48,244 nucleotides of DNA from Elusimicrobia bacterium CG08_land_8_20_14_0_20_51_18 (GTDB lineage Bacteria > Elusimicrobiota > Elusimicrobia > Elusimicrobiales > UBA9959). Positions within the stretch are counted from its first letter, which is position 1; each line of letters begins with the position of its first letter. Under the pieces are notes generated by a model. It saw only the letters and a list, made by a program, of their open reading frames with translations, made no database searches and was not told where the DNA came from. Position numbers and translations under genes: made by a program. Location of the stretch: contig PEXN01000105.1 in NCBI GenBank assembly GCA_002774685.1, positions 1-48,244 on the forward strand, written 5' to 3'. Below, in pieces: positions 42,021-48,244 of the stretch.

Positions 42021-44130
42021 AGACCAGGACATCATAAACAAGAACTTCGCGGGCTGCCTGATCCTTGAGAAAGTGGGGCAGGGCGGCATGGGCAGCGTTT
42101 ACAAGGCCAAACACCTCACCCTGAACAAGACGGTCTGCGTCAAACTTCTTTCCAGGGAGCTTTCTTACGACCAGAGGAACATAGAATTTTTCATGAGAGA
42201 AGCCCGCTCGGCCGCCAAGCTCGACCACCCCAATATAGTGCACGTCTACAATTTCGGCGAGGAAAACGGACAGTATTTCATAGTCATGTCCTACGTCGAG
42301 GGAAAAACACTCCAGGATGTCCTGAACGAAAAAAAAGTGCTCGGCATTCCCGAAGCCTCGGAAATAATCATAGAAATACTGGAAGGGCTGGCTCACGCCC
42401 ATTCTAAAAGCATCATCCACAGGGATATCAAACCCTCCAATATCCTGATAACGACGAACGGAGTGCCCAGGATAGCCGACTTCGGCCTGGCCAGAAGCGT
42501 AAACGAGGAAAAACAGCTTACCATAGCCGGGGAAATGGTGGGAACCGCCTATTTCATGTCGCCCGAACAGGGCCTGGCGCAGAAGGTCGACACGCGCGCC
42601 GACCTCTACGCTCTGGGGGCCACTTACTTTTATCTCATCATGGGCAAATACCCTTTCGAGGGTAAAACCTCGATAGAGGTCATAAGCAAACATATAAACG
42701 AACCGCTGCCGAATATGTTCGTAATGAAACCGGACATCCCCATCTGGCTGACCAAGATCATAGAAAAACTGATGAAAAAAGATCCGGAGGAAAGATACCA
42801 GAGCGCCGAAGAAGTCCTCAAAGAACTGAAAAAACAAAAAGCCAGGAATTACGAGAACATAAACGAAAGCACGGAAATGAATTATGAGATGGATGACCTG
42901 AACAAAAAGTCCGAAGCGGCGCGGATACAGGCCTCCCTGAAACCCAAAAATCCGCAAACCCAGGTCCCGGGCCTGGTAATGGACCACTATTCTTCGGAGA
43001 TACTGGAAACGACGGGGGATAAGGAGAAAAAAGAGGCTCCGGCGAAAACGCCTGCGCGCGAAGAAAAAAAACCGAAACTGCAGTTCAATCTGCTGAACAA
43101 GCTCATAAAAACGCTCTACCATTTTTCCGCCCTGCTTTTCTCTCTTATGGTTTTTATCTTCGTAGGCGGGACCTTCCAGAACCCGGAAAATACGCTGGTT
43201 TCCATGATGTCGCCCTTCCTGAAATGGCCGGTCCCGGCTTTCGGCCTGGTTTTGGCGGGCCTGGCGCTCGCGGCCTTCGCCGTGCGCCTGAAACCGCTGA
43301 AATTCACCCCGGTTTACGCCTTTTTCGCTCTCGCGATGATTTTTTTGGCGTATGCCGGCGCCAATATGGCCTTTTACCCGGAAACCGCCGATTCCGTCTC
43401 CAGGGTTTTTTTCAATTTTAAAACCGCCGTCACAAACCTCTCTTATTCCAAAAACCTATGGGCCCTGGCCCTGGTACTCCTGCTCGCAGCCTGGAAGCTT
43501 TCCGTCAGGGAAACCCTTTATCAGAGGATCCTTTCCACTTTTCTCTTCCTCATGGCCTTTCTTATCTTTTACTCCTACGCCAAGGGGATCTCGCTTTATA
43601 AGGCCGAGGTGTTCGAAAAAAACTGGCTTTATTCGGCCCTGATCTGCACGTCCGTAGCGGTCATCTCAAATCTCGTCAAGGGAGGCATGTATATCTTCCT
43701 GCACCCAGCCCTGCTTACCCTGGTCGCGTTTTTTTCCATTTTTCACGCCGTGGAAAAACCGGAAATCAGGCGGCTGACGGACGAAAAGGAGAACCGGGAA
43801 GCCGCTTTGGTGGCGCAGGACAGGAGGATGGCCGCGCTGGCTTTCCAGATGGAGAACGCGAACGAGATGCCCGAATACGACTTCGAGGGCAGGCCCATAG
43901 TGAAGCCCAGGAAAGACATAAACAAGATCCTCGAGGAAATAAAGCCGAGGAGCAGGGAAAAACTGGAGCAGGACTCCAAAAAAGAATACGATGAACGCGT
44001 AAAAAACAACCTTTTCGAATCTTTTCGCGGTCACGGCGCTCTTATCCTGCTGGCTCTGGCGCTTTTCGGCATACTCAACGTTATGTTCTTCGAAGAATTG
44101 ATCTTTTACGAAAAAATGTTTTCAGAATAG
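42013..44130 (+). CDS. Ser/Thr protein kinase with C-terminal polytopic membrane domain
   Basis: Hanks motifs GQGGMGSVYKAKH, VCVKLL, HRDIKPSNIL, DFGLA and SPEQ, then a charged linker and about 6-7 TM helices. 8-nt overlap with the upstream gene. Confidence 0.9.
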   Translation: MNKDQDIINKNFAGCLILEKVGQGGMGSVYKAKHLTLNKTVCVKLLSRELSYDQRNIEFFMREARSAAKLDHPNIVHVYNFGEENGQYFIVMSYVEGKTLQDVLNEKKVLGIPEASEIIIEILEGLAHAHSKSIIHRDIKPSNILITTNGVPRIADFGLARSVNEEKQLTIAGEMVGTAYFMSPEQGLAQKVDTRADLYALGATYFYLIMGKYPFEGKTSIEVISKHINEPLPNMFVMKPDIPIWLTKIIEKLMKKDPEERYQSAEEVLKELKKQKARNYENINESTEMNYEMDDLNKKSEAARIQASLKPKNPQTQVPGLVMDHYSSEILETTGDKEKKEAPAKTPAREEKKPKLQFNLLNKLIKTLYHFSALLFSLMVFIFVGGTFQNPENTLVSMMSPFLKWPVPAFGLVLAGLALAAFAVRLKPLKFTPVYAFFALAMIFLAYAGANMAFYPETADSVSRVFFNFKTAVTNLSYSKNLWALALVLLLAAWKLSVRETLYQRILSTFLFLMAFLIFYSYAKGISLYKAEVFEKNWLYSALICTSVAVISNLVKGGMYIFLHPALLTLVAFFSIFHAVEKPEIRRLTDEKENREAALVAQDRRMAALAFQMENANEMPEYDFEGRPIVKPRKDINKILEEIKPRSREKLEQDSKKEYDERVKNNLFESFRGHGALILLALALFGILNVMFFEELIFYEKMFSE

Positions 44131-44138
44131 GAGAAACC

Positions 44139-47100
44139 GTGAAAAAAAACATATCCAACTCGATTTTCGCCCTGATAATGACGCTTACCATACTGGCGCT
44201 CTATTTTCAGGGAGCGGTAATAGAGAACATAGAGCTTAAATTTTACGATTTCTACTCCTCCATAAAAGCCCCTTCTTCCACCAGCAACGACATAACGCTT
44301 ATCGAGATAAACGACGAAAGTCTCGCTAAAGTCGGCAGGTGGCCATGGGAAAGGTCCAAAATAGCGGAAATGATAACCTGGCTGAATTCCCAGAACGCGA
44401 AACCCGCCATAATAGGCCTCAATATCCTTTTTTCCGAGCCGGAGAACAATAAATCCAAACAGGTGGCCGACCGGATAGAGGCGAGGTACAAGGAACTGGT
44501 CGCCCAGAAAAAAATAAGGGAAATATCGAAGGACTCCGAATTCCTGGCCACCGTGGACGGTCTTAAAAAGGACCTGGACAACGATTTAAAACTGCAGATA
44601 GCGATCAGCACGGGCGGTAACGTGGTTCTGCCTATGTTTTTCGAATTAAGCGAAATAAATTCCAAGCCCAGGGAAGAACCGGAATATTTCAAGTCCATGG
44701 CCATCACTCTCAACCAGAATTCCCCGGAAGAAATGCGGGATGAAGCCTCCGGCCTGACGCTCCCGATAGACTCCCTGGGCTCCGGCGCCAGGGCGGTGGG
44801 ACACACCAACGTCGTGAACGACATCGACGGCTCCCTTAGAAGGCATAACCCTTTCCTGGAATACAACGGCAGCGTCTATCCTTCCTTCCCCGTACAGATA
44901 GCGAATCTCTACGCCGGCAAGGAATCCAGGGACCTCGTCCTTAAATCCGGAGAAAATTTCAGAATAGGGAAGAACACTATCGCCCTGGACACCGACTCCT
45001 CCATGCATCTCTCTTACAGCAAGGGCGGAAAAACCTTCAGGTCCTATTCTTTCTACGACGTCATAAACAACAAGATAGTCCCGGAAGCTTTCAACAACAA
45101 GGTAGTGCTGATAGGGCTTACGGCTCACGGTTACGTAACCACCTACGTCACGCCGGTGGAAAAGAGCATGACCAACCTGGAGCAGTCGGCCAATGTCATA
45201 GACAACCTCATGAAAGGCGATTTCATCCACGTCCCGCAATGGGCCGCTATGGCGGAAATTTCCGCCATAGCGGCGGTGGGCCTGTTCGCCATAATAGCGC
45301 TGCCTTTTCTGAAAGCCGCCATGGGCGCCATAGTCTCCATACTCATACTTCTCCTGCTGATGGGAACCTCCTCCTATCTTTTCATTTACAAGGGCATGTG
45401 GATAAAAATGACCTACCCTTCAGCGCTGCTTATCGCTTCGTATATTTTTATAGTTTCCAAGAGATTTTTCTCCACCGAAAAGAAAAAAGAGCTCATAGAA
45501 GTTTCCCAGATAGAAACCAACAAGATGCTCGGCCTTTCCTTCCAGGGCCAGGGCATGCTGGACCTGGCTTTCGAGAAGTTCAGGCTCTGCCCGGTGGACG
45601 ACAATATGAAGGAACTGCTCTACAATTTGGGCCTGGATTTCGAGAGGAAAAGGCAGTTTAACAAGGCGAAAGCCGTTTACGAACACGTATCCGAAAAAGA
45701 TCCCGGCTACAAAGACCTTAAGGAAAAAATAGAAAACCTGACTAAAGCCGCCGACGGCGGAGTATTCGCGAGCCCGGCCGGAAAAAACAAGGAAAGCACC
45801 ATTTTGGTCTCAGGCTCGAGCGCCACTCCCACGCTGGGCCGCTACGAAGTCATGAAAGAGCTGGGGAAAGGCGCCATGGGCATAGTCTACCTGGGCAAAG
45901 ACCCGAAGATCAACAGGACGGTGGCCATAAAAACGATGCGTTTCGAGGAAGGGTTGGAAGAAAAGGAAATGAAAGCCCTGAAAGAAAGATTTTTCCGGGA
46001 AGCGCAGGCGGCGGGAAATCTTTCCCATCCCAATATAGTCAAGATCTTCGACGCCGGCGAGGACCAGGACATAGCTTATATGGCCATGGAACTTCTTAAG
46101 GGCGAAGACCTCAAAAAATACACCCGGAAGGAAAACATCCTGCCTCGGGAAAAGGCCCTGCTCTACACCTACCAATCCGCGCTGGCGCTGGATTACGCCC
46201 ACAAGAACGGGGTGGTGCACCGCGACATAAAACCGGCCAATATAATGCTTCTCGAAGACGGCTCGCTGCGCGTAACCGACTTCGGCATAGCCAGAATACA
46301 GGAATCCTCCAAAACCGCCACCGGGACCGTGATGGGAACTCCCTACTACATGAGCCCGGAACAGATACAGGGCAAGAAAGTGGACGGCCGGGCGGACCTT
46401 TTCTCGCTCGGAGTAACCATGTACGAACTGCTCACCTGCGAAAGACCCTGGAAAGGCGGCGAATCCGTGGCCACCCTTTTCTATCAGATAACAAGCGAGC
46501 CCTATCCGGATCCCAGGGAATACGACAAGAGCCTGAGCGAGCCGATAATAAGGATAATCGACAAGGCCCTGAAAAAAAATCCGGACGAAAGATATCAGAA
46601 CGGGGCCGAAATGGCGGAGGACATAAAAGCCGTCATGGACGACAAGTCCGGCGGACAAACCTCCGCCGCCCCGGCTGCCGCCGCTAAAAACCCGGCCCCG
46701 AAACCGGCGGCAAATCCGGCTCCGGCGCCGGCCCCGAAGCCGGCACCGGCTACAACCGCTAAAACCCCGGCCCCTCAGCCGGCGACCAAACCGGCTCCAG
46801 CGCCGGTCCCGAAACCGGCCCCGGCTATGCCCGCTAAAACCCCGCTCCCTCAGCCGGCGGCCAAGGCGGCCCCGGCTCCCGCTCCGGCGCCGAAACCGGC
46901 TCCCAGACCGCGGCCCGCGGCTCTGGATCTAGGCGGAATAACGGTGGAAAAAGAGCCCAAGGCGGCTATGCAGCTTAAACCGGCCGAGCTTTCGCTTCAG
47001 CCCGGCGGACCGAAAAAGGAACCGGTCAAAGAAACGCCCAAATCGGACCCTATAGTGAAAGACAGCCTGCAGCTCCCTATTTCGGAAACGCTTAACCAAA

Positions 47101-47240
47101 GCTCCGAAAAATCCCCGGAAAAGCCGGCGCCTCTGGCGGCCAATCCGCCGGGACCGGGGGAAAACGGTTATGATTTTGAAAAGACTCTTCCTCTCATCTA
47201 TCCCGAGGAAGAAGGGGGGGGAAATGAGTTTAAAAATTAA
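44139..47240 (+). CDS. CHASE2 sensor - TPR - Ser/Thr kinase - Pro/Ala-repeat protein
   Basis: CHASE2 signature (ITLIEINDESLAKVGRWPWERSKIAEMITWL...GLNILFSEPE) followed by TM helices. The kinase has GKGAMGIVYLGKD, VAIKTM, HRDIKPANIM and DFGIA. GTG start with GGAGAA SD. Confidence 0.9.
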   Translation: MKKNISNSIFALIMTLTILALYFQGAVIENIELKFYDFYSSIKAPSSTSNDITLIEINDESLAKVGRWPWERSKIAEMITWLNSQNAKPAIIGLNILFSEPENNKSKQVADRIEARYKELVAQKKIREISKDSEFLATVDGLKKDLDNDLKLQIAISTGGNVVLPMFFELSEINSKPREEPEYFKSMAITLNQNSPEEMRDEASGLTLPIDSLGSGARAVGHTNVVNDIDGSLRRHNPFLEYNGSVYPSFPVQIANLYAGKESRDLVLKSGENFRIGKNTIALDTDSSMHLSYSKGGKTFRSYSFYDVINNKIVPEAFNNKVVLIGLTAHGYVTTYVTPVEKSMTNLEQSANVIDNLMKGDFIHVPQWAAMAEISAIAAVGLFAIIALPFLKAAMGAIVSILILLLLMGTSSYLFIYKGMWIKMTYPSALLIASYIFIVSKRFFSTEKKKELIEVSQIETNKMLGLSFQGQGMLDLAFEKFRLCPVDDNMKELLYNLGLDFERKRQFNKAKAVYEHVSEKDPGYKDLKEKIENLTKAADGGVFASPAGKNKESTILVSGSSATPTLGRYEVMKELGKGAMGIVYLGKDPKINRTVAIKTMRFEEGLEEKEMKALKERFFREAQAAGNLSHPNIVKIFDAGEDQDIAYMAMELLKGEDLKKYTRKENILPREKALLYTYQSALALDYAHKNGVVHRDIKPANIMLLEDGSLRVTDFGIARIQESSKTATGTVMGTPYYMSPEQIQGKKVDGRADLFSLGVTMYELLTCERPWKGGESVATLFYQITSEPYPDPREYDKSLSEPIIRIIDKALKKNPDERYQNGAEMAEDIKAVMDDKSGGQTSAAPAAAAKNPAPKPAANPAPAPAPKPAPATTAKTPAPQPATKPAPAPVPKPAPAMPAKTPLPQPAAKAAPAPAPAPKPAPRPRPAALDLGGITVEKEPKAAMQLKPAELSLQPGGPKKEPVKETPKSDPIVKDSLQLPISETLNQSSEKSPEKPAPLAANPPGPGENGYDFEKTLPLIYPEEEGGGNEFKN
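46683..46907 (+). repeat. Three tandem 75-nt in-frame repeats (25-aa AKxPxPxPAxxxAPAPxPKPAP units)
   Basis: The units start with GCTAAAA at 46683, 46758 and 46833. This is the most GC-rich stretch of the window. Confidence 0.8.
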
Positions 47241-48033
47241 TTTCTCGGGAGCCACAGACCCGGGCAAAGTCAGAAAAAACAACGAAGACAGCTTCCTCGT
47301 GGACGAACGGCTTAACCTGGCCATAGTGGCGGACGGAATGGGCGGGCATAATTCCGGGGAAATAGCCAGCCAGATAGCCGTAAACGTCACCAGGGAAAAA
47401 TTCCTGGACATGGCTAATACCGAACACAAACCGGCGAATTACAACGGGAAATTCCAGTTGCATACCAACCAGCTCGCTTTCGCCTCGCAGATGGCAAACA
47501 CCATTATTTACGAGACCGGCCTCGCCAAGTCGGAAAATAAAGGCATGGGCACGACCCTGACCGCCGTTCTGTTTCAGAACGACAAACTGTCCATAATTCA
47601 CGTGGGAGACTCGCGGGTGTATCTGTTCAGGGAAAACACCCTTTACCAGATCTCCCAGGACCACTCGCTGGTCATGGACCAGGTCAGGCGGGGGATAATA
47701 ACGAAGGAACAGGCGGAAAAATCGCCGCTTCAGAACATCCTTACCAGAGCCATGGGCACCCAGAAAACGATAGAGGTGGACATGAGCGAAATAGAGCTCA
47801 AGGAAAACGACAGGATATTCCTCTGCACCGACGGTCTCTTTAAATGCGTCAAAGAGGATTCCGCGGCGGATATACTCAGGGGGAATAAGGACGTCAGGGC
47901 CTCTTGCGAAAAATTAATAGAAACTGCTAATATAAATGGTGGACCGGACAATATAACGGTAGTGGTCGGAGAGGTAAAAAAGAAGACCTTCAAGGAAAAA
48001 ATGAAAGACATGGTCGGGAAGATAAACATATGA
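47224..48033 (+). CDS. PP2C-family Ser/Thr protein phosphatase
   Basis: TDPGKVRKNNEDSF, VADGMGGH, VGDSRVYL, LCTDGL and GGPDNITVVV. The start is set at ATG 47224, overlapping the kinase gene end by 17 nt. Confidence 0.9.
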   Translation: MSLKINFSGATDPGKVRKNNEDSFLVDERLNLAIVADGMGGHNSGEIASQIAVNVTREKFLDMANTEHKPANYNGKFQLHTNQLAFASQMANTIIYETGLAKSENKGMGTTLTAVLFQNDKLSIIHVGDSRVYLFRENTLYQISQDHSLVMDQVRRGIITKEQAEKSPLQNILTRAMGTQKTIEVDMSEIELKENDRIFLCTDGLFKCVKEDSAADILRGNKDVRASCEKLIETANINGGPDNITVVVGEVKKKTFKEKMKDMVGKINI

Positions 48034-48244
48034 TAAAACTATTCGTGAAATTCGAGTCCTCATTCATTAAAGAATTCCGCTCCGAGAATCCCGGCGTGAC
48101 CATAGGGAGAAAAGCGGACAACGATCTCGTTCTCGATAACGCCACGGTTTCCGGGCATCACTGCAAGATCTACAAGGCGGGGGAAACTTTTTTCATAGAA
48201 GACCTGGGATCCACGAACGGCACTTTCGTAAACGGGAAAAAGAT
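48030..48244 (+). CDS. FHA-domain protein (N-terminal part; runs off the window end)
   Basis: Not in the ORF track. ATGA overlap with the PP2C stop. It translates to MIKLFVKFESSFIKEFRSENPGVTIGRKADNDLVLDNATVSGHHCKIYKAGETFFIEDLGSTNGTFVNGKK, the canonical FHA core (GR...S..H...DLGSTNGT). Confidence 0.85.
   Translation, partial: MIKLFVKFESSFIKEFRSENPGVTIGRKADNDLVLDNATVSGHHCKIYKAGETFFIEDLGSTNGTFVNGKK

Noticed and set aside
4477-43122. Many very long antisense ORFs, e.g. 4477..5781 (+), 8048..9457 (+), 9902..10846 (+), 18176..19216 (+), 21276..22451 (-), 24520..25719 (-), 33419..34657 (+), 41893..43122 (-)
   Set aside because: Each lies fully opposite a gene with strong motif support. Their translations are Gly/Arg/Pro/Phe-rich with no motifs. 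They are explained by codon bias: the sense strand avoids TTA/CTA/TCA, which removes stops from the in-register antisense frame. They are shadow ORFs.

Overview
This is a 48.2-kb chromosomal window from what looks like an uncultivated bacterium: about 50% GC, standard genetic code, and dense operons with many ATGA/TGATG start-stop overlaps.

Gene content:
- 1-13.7 kb (minus strand): mltG, thpR, a FecR-like gene, tyrS, a PriA-like gene, family-4 UDG, rpoZ, gmk, ppdK, a CYTH cyclase-like gene and oligopeptidase B.
- 13.9-30 kb (mostly plus strand): a GH104 lysozyme-like gene, cinA, a TlpA-like gene, a DUF155-like gene, an M23 peptidase, a glnA-family gene, rpsO-pnp, accB plus a small wHTH gene, ftsK, a LolA-like gene, pgsA and pgpA.
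- 30-48 kb: a DUF2723/TPR glycosyltransferase-like gene, a MoxR-TPR-DUF58-VWA-DUF4159 (Bat-like) operon, then a REC-GGDEF-like / Ser-Thr kinase / CHASE2-kinase / PP2C / FHA signalling cluster.
- I saw no rRNA, tRNA, CRISPR array, transposase or prophage.

The most unusual signals are non-coding:
1. Two paralogous, highly structured elements of about 210-230 nt, with compensatory changes in their closing helix and alternative pairing registers. One lies upstream of tyrS (3715-3942). The other fills the whole TPR/DUF58 gap of the Bat-like operon (38364-38574). This is my best candidate for something undescribed.
2. A three-copy intergenic repeat family (100-165 bp) built from 15-nt units and GTTTAGAG/CTCTAAAC octamers. 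Two copies form a perfect 69-bp inverted repeat around accB-wHTH. Two copies supply the leader and SD of glnA and accB.
3. Heptad-phased AAGG(C/G) 'stutter' arrays in at least eight spacers.
4. Five genes with a TATAAT-type box 6-7 nt before the ATG and no SD, suggesting leaderless mRNAs.

Protein-level oddities: a PriA-like protein with every ATPase motif degenerate, a GGDDF variant of the GGDEF motif, a 3 x 75-nt in-frame repeat and a G8 tract in the CHASE2 kinase, and an orphan start-less gene fragment.

All functional calls come from motif recognition by eye. No database or folding program was run.
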